Part shown: piece by piece, positions 55,801-64,000 of the stretch
Layout of the letters: each line of letters opens with the position of its first letter
How positions within the stretch are numbered: the first letter of the stretch is position 1
Source: Harriotta raleighana
Taxonomy: Eukaryota
Direction: 5' to 3'
NCBI GenBank assembly: GCA_050575255.1
Contig: JBNZDD010013726.1
Span: 8,136,959 to 8,200,958 of the forward strand
DNA length: 64,000 bases
Position numbers and translations under genes: made by a program
Notes under the pieces: generated by a model
Told to the model about the DNA's origin: nothing
What the model saw: only the letters and a program-made list of their open reading frames with translations
The model's database searches: none

Positions 55801-58800
55801 AAAAAGAGAAGTAAAACCCCTACTCTATGTTCATTAGCTCCAACCCTGAAAATGCAATCCCCTCTGAACCAATGTTCTTTTTTTTTCCAATTTCTCACAC
55901 CAGCTATCTTGTGGCTTCTGAGTGAGATTTCCAATTTAATGAAGAGCAGTAATGCGCAGTGAGTTGATGTTCTATAAGAATTGGAATCAGAATGACAAAA
56001 CTCAATTGACTATTTGGGGGCAAAAAATACAACTGTTTCAGAATTTATTTAAATTAAGCTAAAAAAAAAACCCTAGCTCAACATGCTTATAAAACTAGTT
56101 CAAACTGTTTTAACTAAATCATTCATGCAAGTGCACAGATCATTTCCTTTCAGTAATCCATGAAGCTAGTGTTGACATGGGAAAGTAAAGTTTGCTGTGA
56201 AAAGAATGTATACATTCTGATAATAATGGCAAATACACAACATATTAAAAAGGTTGTGGTACTTATTATAATTAATGTTTGCACAAGAACAGGCTCCCAA
56301 GGCACCAATTACTGCATTTCAGTCTTATTTACAGTTACAGTAAATACTGGTATGAAACCTAAAAGANATACCTTCTGATAATAATGGCAAATACACAACA
56401 AATTAAAAAGGTTGTGGTACTTATTATAATTAATGTTTGCACAAGAACAGGCTCCCAAGGCACCAATTACTGCATTTCAGTCTTATTTACAGTTACAGTA
56501 AATACTGGTATGAAACCTAAAAGAACTGTTTTGAAAAGGGGNTTCTGATAATAATGGCAAATACACAACATATTAAAAAGGTTGTGGTACTTATTATAAT
56601 TAATGTTTGCACAAGAACAGGCTCCCAAGGCACCAATTACTGCATTTCAGTCTTATTTACAGTTACAGTAAATACTGGTATGAAACCTAAAAGAACTGTT
56701 TTGAAAAGGGGCAAGAATATGAACACATGCAGAACCATCGCAATTAAGAAACAAATTGAGTTGGAGCTACAAATCTTAGCCAATTTAATTTTTAGAAACA
56801 TTACCATTAGAATAAAGGGAATGAACACTTTTGGGTTTCACTTTGTAATACCGTACAGTTGTAACCTGAATTTGTCGCTTTCCCGTGAACCTGTACATTC
56901 CATTCGGATGAAAACTCAACTTACTTTCTCCCAAATCACCAACCAGTTTCTGCTCACGTACAGTGGAACGCTGATCATTTGCTAGTTTTCATATGGAGAA
57001 GTCCATTTTAGCAAATAATCAAGGTTCCCTTGAAACACAGACAATTAACTAAACTATGACCACTTGCAAAGTCAAAGCTATATTTTGGCTCATACTACAT
57101 AAAACCCGAGATAGGTGCATAAATGACTATAATGTTAATAGGTGAATTATGGCTGCACAGAAACATGCATGTGGATTGACATCCAGACTTTTATACTTTA
57201 CATCTTTTATGCGATCCACAAAGACAATCAACTTCTGAATCATTCGAGCCACATAAATGACATCCATCATGTCTGAAAAGTTGGCTGCCTCGCTTGTGTA
57301 GGCCATTAACTGGTGGGCAAAACCCAGGGCATTTGTGGCATTGACTGGCATCTGCAATCACATATTATATTGAATTAGCAAATTAGTACCTCTAAAAAGC
57401 AGTAATAGTATCCTACTAATACTCATAAGGAATTATAGTACAGTATTCCTGAAATCAGAAAACAAACTAAAATCATATTACTGGCCAAAGGTTAAAATGT
57501 AACAAGAGAAAGTCTTGTTTAGGAGCGTTTTCTTCCCAGATACGTGTTTGGGTGCAAATGTCTGCAAAGCCCTGGACATCATAAGGCGGGCATTTATAAA
57601 GAACAATACCAGAGAAGAATAAAATGCCGGCATCTTTGTTAGCTCTTAAGGCCATTAACAGAGTACATTAACTTATTCCATTCACTGCCATTATGAGGCC
57701 ACTTTCTACAGCCTGAATCTACTATCTGAGCAGTAATTTCATGAATTATTAAAATAGCCATCCAGCACTCCTAAATCAGTTAGACACTCCCTGTAATATG
57801 TCGTGAAAATCTACATTAAGAGCACCTACAAGGTGTAAATTTTCCTTTTCATGTGCAAGCCATCCTCGTGTCTGCTCTCTATTCAGTGCTAATTACTGCT
57901 GAGGTATCATAAAATCCAATGGATGAATTGCTTTTTAAGATTGCAATGTGCAATCTACAATTATTACCTACAAGACTGAATAGTGCAGTTTATGGGCTAC
58001 CTTTTCCAGTTGATTAAAAAGTAAGGCATGACTTCAACACAAGTGTGACAAACAGTCATTGAGTGGGGGAAAAAAATTGGTGCTCTTCTACACCAACAGG
58101 GTTGAGAATATCCAATGAACAATATTTTGCTCAGAACCCATATAGTCAGCATTATGCTTTGTTATGAGCACAGTTCAATTCTAAATCCCAGAGGTGCCAG
58201 TCCAATTTTCCAACATACTGAACTGCTGAACTGTCCTACAGTCACATTGCTGAAAAAAAAATCAACTCTTTCCCAGAGCTGATTACCCTTTGGTTTATAA
58301 TAATGTTGAGTTCTTACCTGGTTGAAGGCATGGAGGATTCTTGTGACTTCGTTTGCATACGGGCATTCGGCAAAGTTCGCTGCCACCCAATGTCCAGAGC
58401 TATCGCATTTACGCCAGGCTTTTCTCTCACTGTGATCTCCATTGTAAGATACAGATGCAAATGGATACATACAGGGGTGATGTGCTGTAATACCAGCCAG
58501 TGTTCTAGGCCATCTACAGTAAAAAGGATACCAACTACATTTGAAATGAATATCAAATAAAACTAAACTAAATGTACTTCGAGACATCGCCAGGACTTTT
58601 CAGCCTCTCTCTTCCCAATTATGTCTGTTGAATGGTATATTGAAAGTACAAATTACTGGACTAGTAAAGTAGCCTTTTCCATGAATATGCAACAGTGAAG
58701 AGTAGAAGGAAGTTTTGTAGGAGGTAACTAACTGTTGTTGCTGACTGTGATTATGTTTTGTTTGTGAATGATTATTTTTCTTTCCTTTGTATTTCTGTGA

Positions 58801-61800
58801 TTTTTTTATTCCCACGCTTCCCGTCTGTCCCTTCTCTATGCACATCCTGTCTCCGTGTGGTTTTGTTCTGCCTGAATGTTTCACTCTGTTATTTCGTTTG
58901 TGACTGTGTGTGCGTCTCCCACTGGATTGCGTTTACAATACCCAGTCACTACACTTTACAGTACATTCTGTGAATGGTTTCATGAATTCAATAATATCAT
59001 GAGGTGCTATATCAAATGCCAGGTCTACTATTGTTGATATTATCATAGTTATTATTCTACAGAATTATTTAACACTTCTTCAAACACTGAATCCCTCCGA
59101 CAGCTGTAGAGCAACTCGCTTGTGTTTTTTTGAGCTTTCATTCACGACCACTTGTTAATTTTAGCCCATTCTAAGCACTTAGTTTTAATTACAACGAGCA
59201 AAGCAGAAATCTGCTATGGCAAATCCCCTTTAACATCCATCCTTGTTTCGAACAAATGAGATCTAATTTTAGAATTACCCCACTGAAAATAATTACGATT
59301 GTCTTTCCATGCATGCTGCCCTAAAAGTTAAACAAGAAATTTTAGCAAAAAACTGTTCAGAAGAAATAAGCAGCTGTGCTATCAAAGAACAGCACAAAAG
59401 AAAGGAAGAATACTATATTCATTGAAATAGCAATATCTAACATAAATGGAAAATAAAATTGCTGGTACAACATTCTGTCTGTAACGCTTTTTATCAGAAT
59501 ATAATTCTGAACCTAGAACATTTACATTAAACAAATCTTTGTAGATTGTTTATTTTCATACCACAGAAACTCTTGTTTATACAGTATAACATCAGTTTCC
59601 TTCCTTTCTGGCCTTTCAATGTTTTACTGACTTCAAGTTTTTCACCCAGATGTTTCTATCTCCATATTCTTTCAACAAGCCAACGGTGATAAAGCATTTT
59701 TATTTAAAAACCTTATGATGAAGTCAATAAGTCAATCTATTTTTGTAATGGATGCTTATTTCGACTGAGAATGAAGCAAGAAGAATTACGGCAGATTAAA
59801 TTGAAACCTTAGGCTGTCTTGATTGGGCTTTGCTCAAATTTACTTCAATTTTATTCATCATACCACAGTGCACATTGCATCCCTTGGTTTGCACATCACT
59901 AAAAGACCATGGGTGACACTGCAAGGTATAAATTTTAGAGCAAGTACATTTAGGTCACTGAAAGAGTTAAACCAATTTATTTTGCACATTACATTCATCA
60001 TTCCTTAGCAAGCTACAGCCACACAAGTAAATGTTACGAGAGGGGATCTGTAAAAGACAGCTCGTGTAATTGGAATCTTTTCTATTTTCTTCTACCAGTG
60101 GCAATTCATTGCTTATTCTTACTGTCTATCATTTCCCTCTATACTGCCTAATAATATTTTAAAGAGCCAGCTGGATGCATCACCCAAGAGCACCAATTCA
60201 GTACTCTTGCCTCACTTACCAACAAGAAAGGAATTACGTTCATTTGTTTACAATAGTTCCGGCTGATCTCAGTAACTGCACTTTGAATAACATATTTTAA
60301 AGGATATAAATATTTATTATATTTGAAATAACATATTTTAAATAACATATCTTAAAGGATTTCAATAATAAACTGTGAATGGCTATATTTTACTGAAAAC
60401 ATTCTTTTAAAACTTTACTCAATAATTCTAAGCCTATTCAAAACTAAGCTTTGTATATTGAACTACGAAGCACATCTTTTGCTGTGTCTGTCAATAATAC
60501 TTAGTCAGTAAGTATGAATTGAGTTATTTCAAATCACACACAGCCTAAAATGGTTTGGCATGAGAATAAAAGGTATTTTTGACCACTTCGGAGTAAACCT
60601 TCAGTGAAATATTGGTGTGACAGGTTAGATTTCATGTTTTTGGGGGCTTTGGACTCTGTAAATTGGAGAAATTGCTTGTCCAGTCTGTCATCTCTTATTG
60701 TTGTGGTGAATGGAATTTAAAAGGTTCACATTCTCTACTTCCCACAAATATTACTTTCACATTGGACCGATTGAATCTTTTCAATGGTCACATCCTTTCG
60801 TGAACTTATCATAGATTTTTAGGTGTGACTACTATTTAAGCTTGGTACATATATCCAGAATTAAATACAAACTTTCCTCTCTGCCATTTCATCATTTATT
60901 GTAAGTTTAGGAATGAGGAAACATATTTTGTGTTGCAAATTAGCAGCTGCACCCAAACAGCGTAAGTCTGTGGTTTAGTATGTTCACTCGAGCTGTCATG
61001 AATCATCTGTGTTTTATTTGTGGCTTCTGGTCTGTCATCTTTATTTGTAATTGGTTCTGAAGTCACTGTGGCTTTCATGTTTAGCTTGTTTTGTGCTGTA
61101 TGGTACCTAATTCTGTTACCTTTATTCTGTGTTTTAGTATCTACGCCACACTCCCATGTTATATATTTTTGATATACAGTATACAGTATTCCTAGGGTTA
61201 CCTCTCCTCCATTCTACCTGACCAATTCTTTCTTACTTCTTGTAATGTGATGCATTGCAATACTCTTTCAATTGATCAGTTTAAAGGATTAATGGATTTA
61301 GTGACCTTAAATAGGACTGAAATCCGACTGTGAAATGAAAATGCCATCCAAACTAATGTAATGAAGGTGTGTTGTGTATCAATATGTAATGTTGCATATT
61401 AATATGATATATTACCATAAGTTACATTGAGTAACAGGACTTAAAGAATACACATGCTGCCTGACTGAGTTACGATTCCAGAAGAACTTTAATACGTCAT
61501 ATCACCAGTACGCATGCCCAGATGTTCTTGTATACATAACAAGGTGACAATAAGAATAATAATTCTTGCATTTGATATTGCACTTTTCATGTCTTCTAGA
61601 CGTCTCAAAGCGCTTCACAGAATATACTGTAAAGTGAATTGACTGTATATTTGTAGGCGAAACGCACCAGCCAATTGCGCACATCAGTGTCCCGCAAACA
61701 GTCGTGGATTGAAATGACCAATTTCTCTTTTTTTTTTGAGGGATTATTATCAGGCGTGTGGAGTAAGGAAACTTGCCTAAGGTTTTACCCTGCCTGGAAT

Positions 61801-62912
61801 TGAACCCAGGTCTCTTGCGTGTAGGGCGAGTGCTCTGACCACTGAGCTACCGGACTCCACCAGTGATCTTAAAACCACTGGTATCGGCCATCTATATATC
61901 AGTAATGCACTGTTTCAAAATCTCAACCAAACTGAAGTACACTTTCTAATTACAGTACTTGGCACACATTACAGGAAGCTTCCTTCCAGGAAGAGAGAAA
62001 AACCCTCTTGAGATACAAGCAACACCATAGACACTGATATACTGTAATTTCTGATTCAAATTATTCCTCTAAAAATCACATCAAATATTAATTTAACAGA
62101 CAATTTATTTATCAAATTAGAATCATATCACCCAATCCATCTGGGTAAATTGGCATTGCCCTGGAATTTAATTACCCTGAACTGGATGTGTAAATTGTTG
62201 GGCTATGTAAGACAACCTATTGAATAGAATTTCAGCAAAGCGGAATAGCATTTTCTAACAAAGTTCTGACGACATGAAACCTATTCTCTGATGTAACCAG
62301 GCACACCAAATGGGCCTTTTGTTTTTCTCATTTGAATTCTGGGCTTCACCAATCTGCCAGCTCCTTCCACTCTGCAGGCAATGGCCTGCTCCGTATTCCC
62401 TGTCCCCGTGTTCCCTGCCCGTTCCACTATCGGTGGTCAGGCCTTCAGCCAGTCTCTCCACACACATCTGGAACTGTACCCCCAGAGCACCGCCACTTTG
62501 TCTCCTCCCTTCCTCCTCTCAAAGTCCATCTCAAGACCTACCTCGGGTCCAAATCCTGGAATGTCCAGCACCTTGGGACGTCCTCCTGACATGAAAGGCA
62601 CTACACAAATGAAACTGAAGTGAAGAAATGAGCTATTCACATGCAATCTGTGGTTGTTTCTGGCTGTTGTAGATGGTTTGCAAAGTACATTTTAGTTTGA
62701 GATCAATCCTCATTATGTCTCATTCTGTGATTTTGTGGGACACGTACCTGAAATCCCCTTTATTGTTGCTGATTCGCTCAGCAGGACAGTATGGTGCGGA
62801 TGTCTCTAAGACCACAATTTCCACCATCTTGGAACTGTTCCCTCGGGAGGTAGTAATCAAGCATTCCCACTCTCCTGTTGCGGCCACGTCAATGTTGGAC
62901 AGGATCAGCTCA
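2416..62912 (-). CDS. ADGRA1: Adhesion GPCR A1 (GPR123), multi-exon, 5'-partial. Exons in transcript order: 62748-62912, 58318-58513, 57202-57351, 54121-54282, 51775-51996, 32711-32918, 31546-31745, 18319-18446, 17649-17772, 12403-12548, 4341-4436, 2416-3649
   Basis: All 12 exons have AG acceptors and all 11 introns between them are GT-AG with matching phases, giving one open frame: Ig-HRM-GAIN/GPS-7TM-tail ending in ETTV. The segments [50 protein letters not shown] and [13 protein letters not shown] match ADGRA1 as I recall it, rather than ADGRA2 or ADGRA3. Confidence 0.93.
4341..4436 (-). CDS. ADGRA1: ADGRA1 TM4 exon: (R)[31 protein letters not shown](Y)
   Basis: ttttgtAG|G...TA|GTaagt; 96 nt; phase 2 at both ends, fitting the neighbours. 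Confidence 0.95.
5729..5801 (+). mobile_element. SINE 3' tail fragment
   Basis: ttctgtgaagcgctttgggacgtc...aaagcgctatatcaaatgcaaggattattatt. Confidence 0.8.
6586..6712 (-). mobile_element. CR1 LINE 3' UTR fragment
   Basis: aggaacaggagtgggccattcagcccctcgagcct is the reverse complement of the CR1 3' end seen at 19280-19335. Confidence 0.7.
6770..7312 (+). mobile_element. L2 LINE, 5'-truncated (ORF2 C-terminus plus 3' UTR with TTG tail)
   Basis: Translates to [30 protein letters not shown], a typical L2 ORF2 end; tail ttgggacatcc..tgctatacaaatgtaa..gttgttg. Confidence 0.85.
8828..9215 (-). mobile_element. Cluster of SINE fragments, mostly minus strand, with one inverted tail
   Basis: taataatccttgcatt...cttcacagaatata and gcagccaattgtgcacagcagtgtcccaca. 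Confidence 0.75.
9720..9815 (-). mobile_element. SINE 3' fragment
   Basis: aatcctttgcatttgatatagc...cttcacagaatatactgtaaaatgaattgactgtata. Confidence 0.8.
10720..10845 (+). mobile_element. SINE 3' fragment
   Basis: Matches the family 3' half and (TTA)n tail. Confidence 0.8.
11000..11310 (+). mobile_element. Old degenerate CR1 LINE 3' fragment
   Basis: Weak similarity to the CR1 copy at 18785 (acctcatagaa..tataaatta, tttacttagaaggtgattaatgaatgaa, tcatttaggaaacagcttgatg). Confidence 0.45.
11423..11540 (-). mobile_element. SINE 3' fragment with (TAA)n tail
   Basis: (taa)n-tccttgcatttgatatagcgcttttcacatc...gtaaagtgaattgactgtatattt. Confidence 0.85.
12403..12548 (-). CDS. ADGRA1: ADGRA1 TM3/ICL2 exon: [48 protein letters not shown](R)
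   Basis: gtgtgtttAG|GTT...CG|GTaaga; 146 nt. Confidence 0.95.
14495..14790 (+). mobile_element. Old degenerate CR1 LINE 3' fragment
   Basis: gaccttatagaagtgtgtaaaat..tagaacagtttgccagaaatggtggt..ggctgaagggcct. Confidence 0.5.
15045..15480 (-). mobile_element. Ancient interspersed repeat, probably a SINE
   Basis: The reverse complement (agccagcattcc..ctgattgctacc..gaatagcctgc..gggtgaggtacc) resembles an old chondrichthyan repeat from memory; family unassigned. Confidence 0.35.
16026..16336 (+). mobile_element. Full-length tRNA-derived SINE (~310 bp)
   Basis: Head cagctcagtggttagagtactcgcc with a decayed B box, Deu-like body, and L2-like tail with (TTA)n. Confidence 0.9.
17649..17772 (-). CDS. 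ADGRA1: ADGRA1 ICL1/TM2 exon: (S)[41 protein letters not shown]
   Basis: ttttaattacAG|C...GCT|GTgagt; 124 nt. Confidence 0.95.
17925..17981 (+). mobile_element. L2 3' tail with (TTG)n
   Basis: tgggacgtcctcccaacatgaaaggcgctatacaaatgttgttgttgttg. Confidence 0.75.
18319..18446 (-). CDS. ADGRA1: ADGRA1 TM1 exon: [42 protein letters not shown](S)
   Basis: ttttacAG|GAT...AG|GTgaga; 128 nt; matches the N-terminus of mammalian ADGRA1 after Met1. Confidence 0.95.
18785..19494 (+). mobile_element. CR1 LINE 3' end (ORF2 C-terminus plus UTR), with internal assembly duplications
   Basis: Translates to [60 protein letters not shown], the CR1 ORF2 end; tail ttcttatgttct. Confidence 0.9.
22091..22400 (+). 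mobile_element. Full-length tRNA-derived SINE
   Basis: A box tagctcagtgt, B box ggttcagttcc, body and (TTA)n tail. Confidence 0.92.
23040..23268 (+). mobile_element. L2 3' tail followed by a SINE 3' fragment
   Basis: agcgctttgggacgttc..tataaatgtaattttgttgttg, then atagtccattcactttatagtgtattctgtgaagcgctttgaga. Confidence 0.7.
25230..25345 (+). mobile_element. SINE 3' fragment
   Basis: Matches the family 3' half. Confidence 0.7.
28295..28680 (-). mobile_element. Old CR1 fragments
   Basis: aggccattcagttcaacaagctc and ttgaccctgcatcaatcactttt..gagtgaatttcacagat are reverse CR1 3' motifs. Confidence 0.4.
31546..31745 (-). CDS. ADGRA1: ADGRA1 GPS exon: (D)[66 protein letters not shown]
   Basis: tttgtttctgcAG|AT...ATG|GTgagt; 200 nt; GPS pattern W-x-W-x-GC-x-C followed by the Stachel-like SNFAVLM. 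Confidence 0.93.
32711..32918 (-). CDS. ADGRA1: ADGRA1 GAIN-B exon: [15 protein letters not shown]...[41 protein letters not shown](D)
   Basis: ttctacAG|AAC...G|GTaaga; 208 nt; contains ADGRA-family motifs FRNGKLF and [12 protein letters not shown]. Confidence 0.93.
36393..36490 (-). mobile_element. SINE 3' fragment
   Basis: taataatccttgcatttgatatagcgcttttcacgtc... Confidence 0.85.
36670..36790 (-). mobile_element. L2 3' UTR fragment
   Basis: aacaacacaactttcatttgtatagcgctcttcacg..gtcccagagc. Confidence 0.55.
39310..39772 (+). mobile_element. Degenerate L2 reverse transcriptase fragment
   Basis: Translated [10 protein letters not shown] (cf. LLDLSAAFDT), FSYLSNH, and gtgatccccagggctctgttcctt (cf. 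GVPQGSVLGP), then ..SQLYLS. Confidence 0.75.
41003..41250 (+). mobile_element. Ancient Deu-domain SINE (AmnSINE1/SacSINE1-like core)
   Basis: cttcagataaaatgttaaaattgagg..ttaggtagacatgaaatattctatgatatgattcaaa..tcctggctaacaatccct resembles the Deu core. Confidence 0.55.
41780..42145 (+). mobile_element. Ancient tRNA-headed Deu SINE
   Basis: gcctctaaatcggaagattgtcagttcaagcccca (B-box region), tcaaatgagatgttagact, aaattggctgatgcatttgcctaca. Confidence 0.55.
42540..42663 (+). mobile_element. L2 3' UTR/tail
   Basis: tcctgaccccatctgtccagcgcctaggcatgtcatcccgacgtgaaaggcg..gttgttg; same family as 7200-7312. Confidence 0.7.
43144..43878. mobile_element. Non-autonomous Tc1/mariner (pogo/Tigger-like) DNA transposon, 735 bp
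   Basis: TIRs CAGTTAACCCTCGTCGAACGCG and CACGATCGACAAGGGTTAACTG (19/22 match), TA duplication at both ends, CpG-rich interior, no transposase ORF. Confidence 0.88.
45706..45835 (-). mobile_element. SINE 3' fragment, degenerate
   Basis: aataataatccttgcatgtgataca..cacttcacagga..gcagccaatttgtgcacag. Confidence 0.65.
47263..47320 (-). mobile_element. L2 3' tail with (CAA)n
   Basis: (caa)6-ttacatttggagagtgtgtttcacgttgggag. Confidence 0.55.
47495..47890. other. Assembly gap (N run)
   Basis: Continuous N. Confidence 0.99.
47891..48212 (-). mobile_element. Young L2 3' fragment, minus strand
   Basis: Reverse complement encodes [24 protein letters not shown]..; GC-rich with CpGs retained. Confidence 0.88.
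48575..48936 (+). mobile_element. Young L2 3' fragment spanning a gap (N 48815-48922), ending in (TTG)n
   Basis: [51 protein letters not shown], a canonical L2 ORF2 C-terminus. Confidence 0.92.
49815..50035 (-). mobile_element. Degenerate SINE 3' part
   Basis: taatcatccttgcacttgttacagcacc..cagcgtcccacaaagtctaggattgaacga. Confidence 0.55.
51012..51117 (-). mobile_element. Penelope-like retroelement terminal (pLTR) fragment
   Basis: ctcagcaggtcaggcagcatccatggag..aacgtttcgggtc..gacccttcgtcagaac resembles the common shark Penelope-like terminal repeat and carries a hammerhead core. Confidence 0.65.
51078..51114 (-). ncRNA. Minimal type I hammerhead ribozyme motif
   Basis: Minus strand AGUU-CUGACGA-A-GGGUC-GUG-GACCC-GAAAC-GUU-GACU: core boxes, 5-bp helix II, 4-bp helix I and palindromic AACGUU. 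Confidence 0.6.
51775..51996 (-). CDS. ADGRA1: ADGRA1 GAIN exon: [27 protein letters not shown]...[23 protein letters not shown]
   Basis: ttttcaccAG|GTT...AAG|GTaaag; 222 nt, phase 0/0; ADGRA-family motif N.ALEA..IK...FTGMTCT.FQ. Confidence 0.92.
52630..52745 (-). mobile_element. Highly degenerate copy of the Penelope-like repeat
   Basis: aaatactggaaatcagaaataaaacc..cagtatctagaagagac..attctgaac; weak similarity. Confidence 0.3.
53915..53982 (+). mobile_element. L2 3' tail with (TTG)n
   Basis: aagcgctctgagatgccatccggcgtggagggcgctatataaattgaagttgttgttg. Confidence 0.75.
54121..54282 (-). CDS. ADGRA1: ADGRA1 GAIN-A exon: [54 protein letters not shown]
   Basis: ttttatttcgcAG|CTG...AAG|GTattt; 162 nt; ADGRA motif ASN.M..DE..LW.AQ.E.KAC. 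The donor choice rests on length agreement with the paralogues. Confidence 0.88.
55766..55796. repeat. (CA)n microsatellite
   Basis: About 15 CA units followed by an A run. Confidence 0.95.
57202..57351 (-). CDS. ADGRA1: ADGRA1 GAIN-A exon: [50 protein letters not shown]
   Basis: tgattgcAG|ATG...GAT|GTaaag; 150 nt; motif [18 protein letters not shown]. Confidence 0.92.
58318..58513 (-). CDS. ADGRA1: ADGRA1 hormone-receptor-motif (HRM) exon: (R)[14 protein letters not shown]...[35 protein letters not shown]
   Basis: tttttactgtAG|A TGG...CAG|GTaaga; 196 nt; HRM Cys/Trp pattern. Confidence 0.93.
58880..59035 (+). mobile_element. Degenerate SINE 3' part
   Basis: cagtcactacactttacagtacattctgtgaat..gtgctatatcaaatgc. 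Confidence 0.55.
61549..61860 (-). mobile_element. Full-length, young tRNA-derived SINE
   Basis: Head GTGGAGTCCGGTAGCTCAGTGGTCAGAGC with A box TAGCTCAGTGG and B box GGTTCAATTCC; CpGs retained; family body and tail. Confidence 0.93.
62335..62620 (+). mobile_element. L2 3' fragment
   Basis: ccactatcggtggtcaggccttcagcc..ctggaact..catctcaagacctacctc..ttgggacgtcctcctgacatgaaaggcactacacaaatg. Confidence 0.8.
62748..62912 (-). CDS. ADGRA1: ADGRA1 Ig-domain C-terminal exon: (S)[54 protein letters not shown](R)
   Basis: Ig G-x-W-x-C motif and ADGRA motif V.IVVLE.SA.YCP.ER..NNKGDFR; donor AG|GTacgt is in phase with the next exon. Not in the ORF track; translated by hand. Confidence 0.9.
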
Positions 62913-64000
62913 CTGAATGATTTTTATTTTTTTTAATGAAGAAAAAAAAAAGCTGTTTTGTTACATCTATCTTTTGTCAATTTCCGATTGCTGCTGCTGA
63001 GAATCAAACAGACAACGAGTACAGAACTAGGTTATTTCGCAACAGGCTTCAACCGATGGCCCTCACTTTGTTCGCAGCTTCAAACATGCTCTGCATCTCC
63101 CTTGTCGATGATACAGAAACAAAATGCACAGAAGCATGGAAATGACCCGTTTAATTTATGACCTTCTGTTGGTAAATTACACGTTTTAATCTCACTATAT
63201 TTTTCATTTTGGTGAAGAAATGTCACTGTGGTTTGTAGGGGTTAAAGGGCCATAATTGTTTAGCCAGTAGGGGCTAATTTAAACAGGAACTCTATATGAA
63301 AGCTTTGGTTCAAACATTCCTATCAATCAAACAGCAGATTGAGCTGGCAATATTTCTGACTGCTGTTTCACCTTGGCTGAAGACATATCGCATCACAAAC
63401 CAGATTTATAGTAACAATATCCTTTGGAGATCTGGTGATGCTTATCATTTTTAAAAAGATCTTTTTCTTCTGATCCCAGAGACAGAATCTTGCGGGATAA
63501 AATATGATTGAATAGGGTTTCATTACATCTTATAGAATTTATTAGGATCCTAGTTCTCTTCCGCCAATTTTCTTCCCTTTCCAGGTCACACGCCAGCACA
63601 CATCCATCTTTAACTGAACAATCTCCGTGTGGATCTTTATCGCTACCTCCATCAATGTCTTCACACGCTCAAGCGTACGGAGGGGATTCAACCAGGGCAC
63701 GTCGATAAGGTGAGTTTGTCCTCCCTCTTGAGATAGAAATGCTGATAACCACTAAGAATTGCCAACAAGCAACCTTCGCAGTAAACTGATAAAGTGTGTC
63801 AACTGGAGCAAACAAGACGGAATGATAGGCAGCTCTGGGACTCGAATCATACAATGGCTTCATCCTGATAAGGAAACGCTACACTCTTTGAACTACACTC
63901 AGCTTCAACTTATTTATAAAAATGAAACCAAAATGTTGCTGGAACATGTCACTCTGTACTAGTCCCAAATCTAGGAAGAACACATAGAGATATTGCTCCA

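Noticed and set aside
56215-56710. Triple ~165-bp direct repeat, superficially array-like; similar cases near 517-638, 10850-10975, 11561-11680, 11910-12305, 18940-19088, 23963-24162, 41408-41525, 46050-46325, 49255-49567 and 49913-50040
   Set aside because: Copies are near-identical, have no spacers and are joined by a single N. These are contig-overlap or haplotype artefacts, not CRISPR arrays or true tandem repeats.
62960-64000. Search for the next upstream ADGRA1 exon (Ig N-terminal half, LRRs)
   Set aside because: No convincing translation was found; these exons presumably lie beyond the window, so the LRR region is not claimed.

Overview
AT-rich vertebrate genomic DNA, most likely a cartilaginous fish. 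The Deu-type tRNA-SINEs, L2/CR1 LINEs and single-N contig joins suggest the elephant shark Callorhinchus, which is an inference. The whole window lies in one minus-strand gene, an adhesion GPCR whose 7TM region and C-terminus (...[14 protein letters not shown]) identify it as ADGRA1/GPR123. I mapped 12 GT-AG exons with consistent phases from 62912 to the stop at 2416, giving 3031 nt or about 1009 aa; the 5' exons lie beyond the window. Unlike mammalian ADGRA1, which lacks an ectodomain, this copy has intact Ig, hormone-receptor (HRM) and GAIN/GPS exons. The last codon of its GPS exon (ATG) joins the DLKTVLS sequence that follows the initiator Met in mammalian ADGRA1. The introns hold many SINE/L2/CR1 fragments, a Tigger-like MITE, a Penelope-like fragment carrying a minimal hammerhead ribozyme motif, two N gaps and many uncollapsed haplotype duplications. 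No prokaryotic-type system (CRISPR etc.) is present.
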